Positions 44,813 to 54,105 of a stretch of 64,000 bases of DNA are shown in pieces (the stretch's first letter is position 1; each line of letters starts with the position of its first letter). The notes under the pieces are model-generated. The model was given only the letters and a program-made list of their open reading frames with translations, made no database searches and was not told where the DNA came from. Source of the stretch: Prevotella sp. (GTDB lineage Bacteria; Bacillota; Clostridia; Christensenellales; UBA1242); NCBI GenBank assembly GCA_023666145.1, contig JAMPCO010000002.1, positions 2,023 through 66,022 of the forward strand, given 5' to 3'. The translations under genes were made by a program, and so were the position numbers.

Positions 44813-45413
44813 AATGAGGAATTCCTTTTTTGATTAAAAAAGTTACAGCCACCGTGGTTACGACAGCCAAACCCACAGATAAAATAACATTCCATGCGTT
44901 CAGATCCAAGACATCGCTACCGCTACCGACAAAATATGTATATGTCACGATAAAGGCATTATTGATAAAATGGATTAACATCGTCCAACCAATTTGGTGC
45001 GTTTTGAGAAAAATCCAAGCCAACCAAATGCCCATGAGTAATTGGTAAACGACTTGCGACCATGAATCGTGGTAAAGCATGAAAATGACCGCGCTGACAC
45101 CAATTACACCCCAAGCGGGCATTTTGGTCAATTGGAGTAATTTACAACTTACCAAACGGAAAATCAATTCTTCCAAAATGGGTGCCAAAATTGCAGCATT
45201 CAAAAATGCGTTCCAAAAACCCGCTTGAAACAAGTCATATTCGGTTCGCGTTTGCCAACCCCAAGCAATGAAAAGTTCCGCACACAAATTTTGCAGCAGT
45301 AAATATCCAAACAGGCAAACGAATGCGATGATAATACACACCACCGCCGTCCGTAAATTACTCTTAACTTTTGGCATCTTTTCTAGTATATTATTAAAAT
45401 GCTGAAAATCCAA
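44802..45413 (-). CDS. CPBP-family (CAAX/Abi) intramembrane protease, second paralogue
   Basis: 203 aa with the motifs EELIFR, FMLYH and HFINN. It overlaps the downstream CPBP gene by 11 nt. The start is either the TTG at 45413 or the ATG at 45377. Confidence 0.8.
   Translation of the reverse strand: MDFQHFNNILEKMPKVKSNLRTAVVCIIIAFVCLFGYLLLQNLCAELFIAWGWQTRTEYDLFQAGFWNAFLNAAILAPILEELIFRLVSCKLLQLTKMPAWGVIGVSAVIFMLYHDSWSQVVYQLLMGIWLAWIFLKTHQIGWTMLIHFINNAFIVTYTYFVGSGSDVLDLNAWNVILSVGLAVVTTVAVTFLIKKGIPHYEK
45364..45392 (+). promoter_or_regulatory. Possible promoter of the MBL gene, abutting its ATG
   Basis: TTAACT (45364-45369), 17 nt, then TATATT (45387-45392), then 6 nt to the ATG at 45399. No SD is present. 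It lies inside the 5' end of the opposite-strand CPBP gene. Confidence 0.35.
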
Positions 45414-46187
45414 ACGTTAAGTAGCGGGAGCGCGGGCAACATTACCTATATTGGCAGTGCGACCACAGGTATTTTAGTGGATGTTGGTTTACCTTTGTCG
45501 TTGACGTTAAAGTTAATGAGTCAAGCCGACATTGACCCCCACGCAATTACGGGCGTAGTCATCACCCATGAACACAGTGACCATGTGAAAGGTGTCGCCG
45601 ATTTCGTCACCCAATACAATGTCCCAATTTATTGTTATGAACGCAGTGCCAAAATTTTACGGCGTTGTTTGCAATTACCACCGCACCACTTTATTGAAAC
45701 CGCCAGCACTTTTGCCATCGGTGACATTACGGTCAAATGTTTTACCGTTCCCCACGACAGTCAATTTTGTTTAGGTTATACTTTTCAATGTGGGGACTCC
45801 ACCGTTGGGGTTGCGACGGACATTGGGCAAATGACCGACACGATTATTGCTAACTTGGCGACTTGCCAAATTGTGGTCTTGGAAAGCAACCACGACATTC
45901 AAAAATTGATGGCAAACCCCAAGTACCCGGACTGGCTGAAACGCCGCATTCTCGGCAACCGTGGACATTTGTCCAATCTGGATTGCGGACGTACCATCGC
46001 CAAACTTTACCAAGCCCACGTATCACAAGTTATTTTGGCGCACCTCAGTGAAAAAAACAATACCCCCACATTGGCATACCAGACCGTGAAACAATATCTA
46101 CAAACCCAAGGGATCACCGAAGGGAAAGACATTTACATTGATGTCGCCCGCCAAAGCCAAATCGGCAATTGTTATTGTTTAGAATAA
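45399..46187 (+). CDS. MBL-fold metallo-hydrolase (YycJ/WalJ-like)
   Basis: 262 aa with the HxHxDH motif in ITHEHSDHVKG, and later HLS...NN and a C-terminal H. Confidence 0.8.
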   Translation: MLKIQTLSSGSAGNITYIGSATTGILVDVGLPLSLTLKLMSQADIDPHAITGVVITHEHSDHVKGVADFVTQYNVPIYCYERSAKILRRCLQLPPHHFIETASTFAIGDITVKCFTVPHDSQFCLGYTFQCGDSTVGVATDIGQMTDTIIANLATCQIVVLESNHDIQKLMANPKYPDWLKRRILGNRGHLSNLDCGRTIAKLYQAHVSQVILAHLSEKNNTPTLAYQTVKQYLQTQGITEGKDIYIDVARQSQIGNCYCLE

Positions 46188-46189
46188 TT

Positions 46190-49100
46190 TTATTTCGTTG
46201 TCATTTTGCGACGCATACGCATGAACACCAATATACCAACACCCGCGACGCCCAACACGACGGCGAGAATAATGTAACCGAAAGTGCTCTGCTCTTCTTC
46301 GACCGTCCAACTGTCACTGTAAATTAAATCGCCTTCCGCATCAAAGGCTTTGACCGTGTACAATCCCGTGTTGGAAACATTGAATAATTGCAAAGAATCA
46401 TAATTACCGCTGCTTAATGCACTGGCATTAACCGTTACCCGTTCTTGTTCGACAAAATCCTTGTACAGATAAATGGTCATCTCACCTTGTGTTGAATAGA
46501 GCCAATACGGGTTGTAATACAAAGCGACTGCACCCACTGTGCTGGTACCACTGCCGCTGCTGAGTACGAAGTAGTTTGCGGCACTGTTGGCTTTGTGGCG
46601 GATATTGAAACGCACCTCGTGTGTGATGTAATCTTCCAAAATATTATTGTAGGTGCGTAACGTTACGACGTAACTGCCAGGATTGTCATCGGCATTGAAA
46701 TTCATGCTTTCGTTCACTTGTAATTTGTCAACGTCATGCACTTTGTATCCATCGCGCGTCACCGATACCACTTGGATGTTAGGAAGAATTGGCATACTAA
46801 ACGATTCGCGAATGGTATACGCGGGAATAATTTGGAATTGGTATTCGGCTTGCAACGTGTCCGAAATATTTGTACCCAAACTGTAAGTCAAGCGTATATG
46901 ATAAGAACCCGTATTACTCCAATAGAACACCGATTGAGAGCCATTCACCGCGATATTGTTACGCGATGTGCCGTTCGAACCCGTATATTGTACTTCCATT
47001 TTGGTAATGCAGAAATGGCTGCGGAAAAAGTTTTCATCTTGTTCCAATTCGCTGGCATAACGTTTGGTTAAAAATTCATGTCCATAATCAACCAATTTCA
47101 ATTCAACTTGGTCGTTATATACCATGTCGTTGACTGGTTCCTTGTTATTGATTAAAACTAACGGTTTTGTCATGACCGCCAACATATAACGTTCTTGTCG
47201 GTAAAGGATGTCATTTTTGTCACTCTTGTTGCTGCCGAAATACAAATAACTGTCCACTAAATCGTGCACGGTAAATTCATAGAAACCTGCATCATATTGG
47301 TTAATCGTAAAGACTTCACCGTAGGAAATCGTTTTAATCAATTTGCCATTATAATAGCAATCAACCAAAATCACATTACCCCGAACTAAATTACACGGTG
47401 CACCAAAATCATCGGTCAAAATGTCTTCACAATACAAACTGACCTCGACTTTTTTGTCGTGTGCTTCCATGAAACTGTTGGTAATTTCATGATAGGTTGT
47501 GGTACTGGGCGAAACGACAAAGTTATTACCCGAACCGACGGGGTTACCATTTAAGCGTAAACTGATGGCGGTACCCTTGTTTAATTCGTTGGGGGTTACG
47601 CCAGTCGTGGCAAAATAAATGGGGCTGGTATAGGCCGGTATCCCGTCAACTTCACCCGTTTGGAACGCCAAACGCCAAACCAATGTCGCATTAATTTCAT
47701 CGTAATAAAAGTAATCTGTCCCTAAAATGGGGTTACCAGCCAAGGTACGGTTAGTTTGCCCCACTTGAATGCGTAAATTGTGCGCTTGATAATTTGCAAG
47801 GGGGATGCTGCCGTTACTGTTTTCTTTCATTGCGAAAACATAACGCGGGATGTAGGTGTCATTGAATTTATATTCGCTGGGACTGGCTTGCAGCAATTTG
47901 TCACCGTCATAAACCAAAACCAAGGTGTCGTCAATTTGCACAATTTCAAATTTGTAGGTTTTCTTCGCCCACACCGCATTGCGCACCGTGACTTCGTAGG
48001 AACCTTCCTGATCGAAGGTGTACTTTTGGGTTCCCGCCCGCAATGTGACCCGTTCCACGTAATTACCTAAAGTACGAACATATGACACGGAGACAGGAAA
48101 TGCGGTTGGCACCAAACTTTTACTGATATCAAAGATGACCGCACTGACAAAAGTTTGGTCTTCAACTTCGATCGTTTGGTCACTGCTGTTTTTCCATTCG
48201 ACACTGGGTAAACGGGTATCAAAGACAAAGGTTTGTTCAAACAGGATTGCTCCGCTGGCACGCCCCGTCGCAACAATATGATATTGCTGGATGGTACTGG
48301 CTTCTTGTTGCGGTACAAATTGATAAGAAATCATGTTGTTACTGATGAACGATTGTAAATCACTTAACAATTCACCCGTTCCTGCGTCGTAAATTAACAC
48401 TTTATAAACCGTACTCAAATAACTGAAATTTACACCGCGTTCATCACCAATATAAAGCACACCATTTTCGGTCACGGTATTACCGTAATAATCGAAGATA
48501 ATGGTGCTTTGCGTTTGTTGGTGATATTCGGTCACACTGGTTCGTCCGAAAGGGTCAGTCACGGTAATCACCAACTCATGGGTAACGGGACTGCGAATTT
48601 GGGTACCATAAAGTGAGAAATAACCATCGAAGGATGCATCCGGCTCAGTTTTATCTTCAACCTTGATTTTGAATAAGGAAACCAAATCTTCATTAAATAA
48701 AATTGCTGGCAAATCATCGTAATTGGTTACCACCGCCATAATTATGTTACTACTCAAACTGGTTTGATAACAATCCAATTGCACCTTCGCGGCGCTTTCA
48801 CGGATGTTGTAAAAGTCAAAGACTTCAATCTCGCCGATGCGATCATACAAAGTGTACGAACACTTGGTGCCTTTTTCGGTGGAAACATTGATCCAATTAT
48901 TCAATGCATTGAGGAGTTTTTCCTCGCTGGCACTTCCCGTGCCGATATCATCGCCAATGTGCCAACTGGCAGTGCTGCCCAAGACGGTATAATGTTCGTC
49001 ACCACTTTCAAATTTGAAAGAATGGTTACGCACGAAAAATTGGTGAACGCTGGAACTTGACGCGTGCATTTCAACCCCGATTTTGGTATTGGCATCTTCG

Positions 49101-52100
49101 TATTCGGATAAAGCCCCAATAAAAGTAATGGCGTTTACGAAGTTACTGCCTTGAATTTGCACGCGATAATTGGTGGTGTGTCCCGCATAATCGGTTTCTG
49201 AGATGAAATAATATTTCATTTCATTATCACGTAAGCCGACCAATTGGGCGAAAGGAATGCGGGCTTCTCCGTCGGCACCTGTGTATAATTTGAATTGCAC
49301 GGCCGCTTGTGTCCCTTCCCCCGTGCTGTCAACTTCACGGTAAGTAATGATTTTCGCATCTAAATAGGGACTATGCTCGTGATCACTTTCAAAAACGAAT
49401 TCGTCACTTAAACCGTAGACATAATCACCAGGTAATTTTGTCATTGTGCAAGCCAAATTGTCGCCGTCTTTAATGCGATTAACGTTGTATTCTGGGTTAT
49501 GAATATCAAATAAAATCGTATAATTCGTCTGCGTATTGTCATATGTCGACAGCGTAACGGACAAACTGGCACCGTCGGAAATCGCGGTATTTTTCAAGAA
49601 ATCTTGCATTAAATCAAAAGTGTATTGGTGATTGATAGGTGTTGGCAACGCAAAAGCCACGTTCTGCGTAAAGCCGTTAGAGCGCCAACTGGCAATGGTG
49701 GCTTCCAGGTCGACGTCCGCATACATACTGGCGGGATCACTTTCAAAACGGAATTTTAATTGGTCAATTTGGGTGGGGTCGACCACGTAAACGTAACTGT
49801 CACCGTCGTATTCCATGCGTGAGTTACTGATGATTTTATCATTGTCCACCAAGATTGCGGCTTTAGTACCATAACCCGTATCCAAATTCAAAATCAAATA
49901 ATCATAATTAGCACTGGTGGGCGCGTTGGCATCGGCTTTTAATTCAACCATGTTGCCGTTAGCCAGCGAACACGAAAGACTGCGCGCGTTATCCGCCACC
50001 ACTAATTTATAAACGGTGCTATCACCGCGGCTGGCGGGGTCACCCACCGCCCAAGGTTCGGAAAGATAGCCCTCCCCCAAATTAATAGTTTGGTTTTGAT
50101 AAAGATAACTGAACCGCGGAATCAAGGCTGGGAATGTGTAATTCGGTGAGTCATAATTAGCCAAATAATTAGCGTATTCAATGGTGTAGGTGGTACTGTC
50201 GTGGTAGCAGGAATATTTGCTGTTGAAGCCCGTAATCCACGCGGTACGATTACTGCTTAATTCGTTGTGGTTCGCGGCAAAAACCGCGGCGTCGGCATCT
50301 TTGGCTTGCGGTGCTTGGGCGTTTTTGTTGTCCGCAAAATGGACTTTTAATTCGGTTTGATAGGATTTGGTTTCGTCGTTAAAATAAGCCAGCATTTTTT
50401 GGTCATCAACGATGAAATAATAATCACGCTCCTCTGTGTCCGAAAAACCAGCAGTGCCACCAGGTGTTTGTTCATAAATACGGGTAATAATATACATCCC
50501 CGACGGGGTTGTCGTTTTCGTGTTAAATAATGCCAAGCGAATGGTACCGCTGCTGTCACCTTCACTCACTGAATAAATTAACCCATTATTATCTTGACTG
50601 TTAAAGAGCCGATTGTTATTAGCGTCGCTCGGATTATTTTGGGGCTTTTCCGCAAACGGATAATTGGCGGACGTCGGATCATAGGTAAACGGATAATATT
50701 GTAAGTAAATTCGCTTCACACGGTAGTCTTCATTTTTGTCTTGTTGACAGAAAGAAAACGTGACATATGGTCGGTTGGTCATACCACCCGTATTGGTCAC
50801 TAAACTGGTTGCGGCACCGGGTTCGGTCGCAACCATCCCCCGATTACGATATTCCGAATCGGTTAAAAGACTGCAAGCGTCATAATTCGTTTCCGCATAA
50901 ACCATACCGAAGCAATTATCGTTCGTTAAAATCACATAATATTCGCCGACATTTCCCAACACGTCGGTCACACGGAAATAATATGTTCCTTCTTCCCACA
51001 GCACGACAAACCCGTTTTTGATGTCATCCAAAGGGAAAACTTCCTTGACATCACGGTAAATGGTCCCCGAACTACTGTATTCGATTTTGGACAAACCAAC
51101 ACTGACCGAAGTCGATAGACCTTTACCCGTACCACCGATTTCATCAACCAAACGTCCTGTTTCCCTTAAAGCGTTAAAGATTGCTCCATGTGTACCCGTA
51201 ATCATGACATGATTTTCGGATTGGTCGGTAATTAATTTCTGCGTACCAAAACCGATTTTAACACCTTGTTTGGCGTCCAATTTCACCGCATTGGTGGTAT
51301 CAATGGCGGATTCTGCACTTTGCACAAAAGTCGGTGTACTGGTATCAATGATCAACACGAAATAGGTTTCGTTACCAACATCATCAATCAAGGTAAAACG
51401 GTACAAACCCGCCGTGGTGAAAGTTTCGTTTAACGTCCAACCATCGTCAGTTTTAATCGGTTGATAACCATCATTGGGTCGGGAAGCGGTTTGGGAAAAT
51501 GCGTACGCGGCGTACAAATTAGTCGAAGTAGTTGTTCCGAAATTGGTGTAATTACGATCGGCATTGGGATCAACCCCATTATTCAATTTCATTTCATAAA
51601 ATTCACAAAGCACATTGTTGTAATCAATCCCACTGGATTTTTGGTCCCACGTTAAATTGACGGCCCCTGCCCCGACAATGGCAATATTTTCTGGTAAGCC
51701 CGTTAACGCTATGGCATCGGTATGGGCTTGAATACCTGTCGCCAGCGTATTATCCACCACGATGTTAAAGACCGAAGTAGATTTACCTTGGGCGCCGTAT
51801 TTAATCGTCAAACGGAACTGTCCTGGTTGCAACGAAAACGAGAATGCCCCGTTTTCGCCCATCGGGATTCCTAAATTGTGATATTCATAACTGCCAAAAT
51901 CGGCATAAGCCAAAGTTACTGTTGGTGGTACCTCAAATTGACCTAAAGTTGTGTTGCCGTCGTAATTGATTTTAATCGTTTTTCCGCTTAAAGTTTGATT
52001 CAACACTAATTCACCAACATAATATGTTTTTGGTTCGGGGTCATTTCCCGAGGTAACGTCAAAAGCGATTTTGGCAGCATTCACAATTTCAAAAAAGAAA

Positions 52101-54034
52101 GTTTGTTGACAAATTTCACCGTTCACTTTGAAGTAGACTGCAATCACATATTGACCTGCTTCTTCATACGGTGCACCAATTTCCAAGGTGGAACTGACCC
52201 ATTCGGATGTGTTGCCCGTACCGTTGGCGGCCTTAAACGCGACCGTAGACAAAACGGCAGCCGCTTCCCCATTGGTCCCCGCACCAGTAGCATGACCAAC
52301 ATTGCTGTATAATTTTACGGGCGGGAAATTCGTGCGGACGGGAACTAAACCGTTATTTGAGATGTAATTGGCCAATTCGGTCGAATAAGTCAAAGCGTCA
52401 CTAACCCGCATATTTTGGTAATCAACGACCGAACCGCTTTCTCCCGCCGTCATCTCGGCATTACGCACCCACGCGGAAATATCACTGCTGACTTCGGCAT
52501 CCAAACTGTCGTAAAAAGGTAATTGACCGTTTTTGCTTTCAGGATAAGTCACGGCATCGTACCCACCACCGTAATAGGCTTGGAAACCCAAAATATTTAA
52601 GATACTGGAATACGTCGCATAACGTTTCAAAGTGATATAACCTTTTTCTACGCCACGGTTGCGGAAATCATTTTCGCGGTTGAACAAGTACCAACTGTAA
52701 TAGCGTAGCGTTGAGGTCATATGATATTCGCCAATACGGTAAAATTGTAATTTGCGTTGCGCATCGTTTTGGTCATTTTCGGTAATTTTTTCGGTTGATT
52801 GCACCACGACATCAAAATAGTATGATGAATACGTTACCGTAGGATAGGTACTTTCGTAAGAATAATTGTAAATTTCACTGTTACCTGAGACACGATTACC
52901 CAGGTCAAAGCGCGGGAAATCGTTGTAGTTAATTTTATTGACGATCACAAACGCAATCGCAACGTCGACTTGAGAAAAAACACCATCCCCCATGGCAATT
53001 TTTTGTTTGAACGTAATTTGGTAAAAACCTTGTTCGCGGAACATACCACGTAACGCATTGGCATTATACGCGACCGCCCCAATTTTATAGTCGGTAAATT
53101 GGCTGTTTGTATAGCGGACTGTTCCTAACAAATTTTGTTCGGCTTCGGGTGTGCCATTGCGTGCATCGTAAACTTCGATCGCATTCCCCGTACGCACAAC
53201 ACGGTACAAATAAACACCTTTCTCGTCATAGAGTTGTGTTGTACCGTCGTTAATGGCCGTAATGGTTTCACCGCCCAAAAATAAATCATTGCCTGCGGCA
53301 TCTTTGATGGTGGCGGTATAACCGTTAACACTGTTGCTGTTGGGGGTACAAATTACCGTCAAGAGTACCGTACCATCGGTGTCGTCAATCGTATCTTCAA
53401 TTGTTGTCCCGCCAACCGCCGTTTGATTGGGAATCCCGGCGTAAACTTGTTCCGCGGTGTATTTGGCATCGACTTGGTAAATCTGATCGGATAAAGTCAC
53501 CCCGTCGCGGGTAATGGTCAAATCGCTCGGCATATCCGTGATATTTGTCAATTCTAACAAGACCACATCGTCGTAGTTATATGGGTCCAACATGACCACA
53601 GGAATTTCTAAATTGTTACCCAAGCCAGTGGCAATTTGGCGCATTTCAGTATTGGAAAAAATCGGGTAAGAATAACCATTTTGACTGTTAATTTGAAAAT
53701 CACGGAATTCGTCATAAGATGGTCGGTTGGTACCACTGGTTTCCATGTTCAAAAAATTGGTCAGGCTGCTGCGCGTATAACGTTCTTCCAATAAGGTTAA
53801 CGTCGTACTCTGCCCCAGCGTAACGGTTCCCGTATCGGTCGCATCAAATGGGATGCGTGCGTACAAATCGTCAAAAGTCGGAATATAATTGGGGTCAAGG
53901 ATGGGCGTTTCACTGTCGGCGGCGTTGGTATGAAAAGGACGGTAATTTAAGAATAACCCCGAACCAAACAAAGCCAGCACCATTGTCACGCTTAAAATGG
54001 TCAGCGCAATTATCCTGCCACGGCTGTATTTCAT
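46190..54034 (-). CDS. Giant (2614 aa) surface protein with an N-terminal signal/anchor and a C-terminal TM tail anchor
   Basis: An uninterrupted 7,845-nt ORF with an ATG start, a GGGGGAA SD and its own consensus promoter. The N-terminus is RIIALTILSVTMVLALFGSGLF. The C-terminus is GYIILAVVLGVAGVGILVFMRMRRKMTTK. Recurrent domain-end strands include YRFTLIDDVGNETYFVLIIDTSTP, YYFRVTDVLGNVGEYYVIL and YTVKAFDAEGDLIY. Confidence 0.9.
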   Translation of the reverse strand: MKYSRGRIIALTILSVTMVLALFGSGLFLNYRPFHTNAADSETPILDPNYIPTFDDLYARIPFDATDTGTVTLGQSTTLTLLEERYTRSSLTNFLNMETSGTNRPSYDEFRDFQINSQNGYSYPIFSNTEMRQIATGLGNNLEIPVVMLDPYNYDDVVLLELTNITDMPSDLTITRDGVTLSDQIYQVDAKYTAEQVYAGIPNQTAVGGTTIEDTIDDTDGTVLLTVICTPNSNSVNGYTATIKDAAGNDLFLGGETITAINDGTTQLYDEKGVYLYRVVRTGNAIEVYDARNGTPEAEQNLLGTVRYTNSQFTDYKIGAVAYNANALRGMFREQGFYQITFKQKIAMGDGVFSQVDVAIAFVIVNKINYNDFPRFDLGNRVSGNSEIYNYSYESTYPTVTYSSYYFDVVVQSTEKITENDQNDAQRKLQFYRIGEYHMTSTLRYYSWYLFNRENDFRNRGVEKGYITLKRYATYSSILNILGFQAYYGGGYDAVTYPESKNGQLPFYDSLDAEVSSDISAWVRNAEMTAGESGSVVDYQNMRVSDALTYSTELANYISNNGLVPVRTNFPPVKLYSNVGHATGAGTNGEAAAVLSTVAFKAANGTGNTSEWVSSTLEIGAPYEEAGQYVIAVYFKVNGEICQQTFFFEIVNAAKIAFDVTSGNDPEPKTYYVGELVLNQTLSGKTIKINYDGNTTLGQFEVPPTVTLAYADFGSYEYHNLGIPMGENGAFSFSLQPGQFRLTIKYGAQGKSTSVFNIVVDNTLATGIQAHTDAIALTGLPENIAIVGAGAVNLTWDQKSSGIDYNNVLCEFYEMKLNNGVDPNADRNYTNFGTTTSTNLYAAYAFSQTASRPNDGYQPIKTDDGWTLNETFTTAGLYRFTLIDDVGNETYFVLIIDTSTPTFVQSAESAIDTTNAVKLDAKQGVKIGFGTQKLITDQSENHVMITGTHGAIFNALRETGRLVDEIGGTGKGLSTSVSVGLSKIEYSSSGTIYRDVKEVFPLDDIKNGFVVLWEEGTYYFRVTDVLGNVGEYYVILTNDNCFGMVYAETNYDACSLLTDSEYRNRGMVATEPGAATSLVTNTGGMTNRPYVTFSFCQQDKNEDYRVKRIYLQYYPFTYDPTSANYPFAEKPQNNPSDANNNRLFNSQDNNGLIYSVSEGDSSGTIRLALFNTKTTTPSGMYIITRIYEQTPGGTAGFSDTEERDYYFIVDDQKMLAYFNDETKSYQTELKVHFADNKNAQAPQAKDADAAVFAANHNELSSNRTAWITGFNSKYSCYHDSTTYTIEYANYLANYDSPNYTFPALIPRFSYLYQNQTINLGEGYLSEPWAVGDPASRGDSTVYKLVVADNARSLSCSLANGNMVELKADANAPTSANYDYLILNLDTGYGTKAAILVDNDKIISNSRMEYDGDSYVYVVDPTQIDQLKFRFESDPASMYADVDLEATIASWRSNGFTQNVAFALPTPINHQYTFDLMQDFLKNTAISDGASLSVTLSTYDNTQTNYTILFDIHNPEYNVNRIKDGDNLACTMTKLPGDYVYGLSDEFVFESDHEHSPYLDAKIITYREVDSTGEGTQAAVQFKLYTGADGEARIPFAQLVGLRDNEMKYYFISETDYAGHTTNYRVQIQGSNFVNAITFIGALSEYEDANTKIGVEMHASSSSVHQFFVRNHSFKFESGDEHYTVLGSTASWHIGDDIGTGSASEEKLLNALNNWINVSTEKGTKCSYTLYDRIGEIEVFDFYNIRESAAKVQLDCYQTSLSSNIIMAVVTNYDDLPAILFNEDLVSLFKIKVEDKTEPDASFDGYFSLYGTQIRSPVTHELVITVTDPFGRTSVTEYHQQTQSTIIFDYYGNTVTENGVLYIGDERGVNFSYLSTVYKVLIYDAGTGELLSDLQSFISNNMISYQFVPQQEASTIQQYHIVATGRASGAILFEQTFVFDTRLPSVEWKNSSDQTIEVEDQTFVSAVIFDISKSLVPTAFPVSVSYVRTLGNYVERVTLRAGTQKYTFDQEGSYEVTVRNAVWAKKTYKFEIVQIDDTLVLVYDGDKLLQASPSEYKFNDTYIPRYVFAMKENSNGSIPLANYQAHNLRIQVGQTNRTLAGNPILGTDYFYYDEINATLVWRLAFQTGEVDGIPAYTSPIYFATTGVTPNELNKGTAISLRLNGNPVGSGNNFVVSPSTTTYHEITNSFMEAHDKKVEVSLYCEDILTDDFGAPCNLVRGNVILVDCYYNGKLIKTISYGEVFTINQYDAGFYEFTVHDLVDSYLYFGSNKSDKNDILYRQERYMLAVMTKPLVLINNKEPVNDMVYNDQVELKLVDYGHEFLTKRYASELEQDENFFRSHFCITKMEVQYTGSNGTSRNNIAVNGSQSVFYWSNTGSYHIRLTYSLGTNISDTLQAEYQFQIIPAYTIRESFSMPILPNIQVVSVTRDGYKVHDVDKLQVNESMNFNADDNPGSYVVTLRTYNNILEDYITHEVRFNIRHKANSAANYFVLSSGSGTSTVGAVALYYNPYWLYSTQGEMTIYLYKDFVEQERVTVNASALSSGNYDSLQLFNVSNTGLYTVKAFDAEGDLIYSDSWTVEEEQSTFGYIILAVVLGVAGVGILVFMRMRRKMTTK

Positions 54035-54062
54035 TCGTGTTCCCCCAACATAGTATGCCTAA

Positions 54063-54091
54063 ATTATAATTTTAATATTTGAAATCGTCAA
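54063..54091 (-). promoter_or_regulatory. Consensus sigma-A-type promoter of the 2614-aa gene
   Basis: Minus strand: TTGACG (54086-54091), 17 nt, then TATAAT (54063-54068). It starts 15 nt after the stop of the upstream ATPase gene. Confidence 0.7.
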
Positions 54092-54105
54092 TCAATTCAA
54101 ACGGC

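Noticed and set aside
21352-54034. Sortase (LPXTG), SLH or choline-binding anchoring of the giant proteins
   Set aside because: No LPXTG-type motif followed by a hydrophobic and basic tail is visible at the C-terminus of the 6753-aa protein, and none precedes the TM tails of the 2614-aa and 893-aa proteins. No SLH-like or repeat-type wall-binding segments were recognised. Anchoring appears to be by TM segments.
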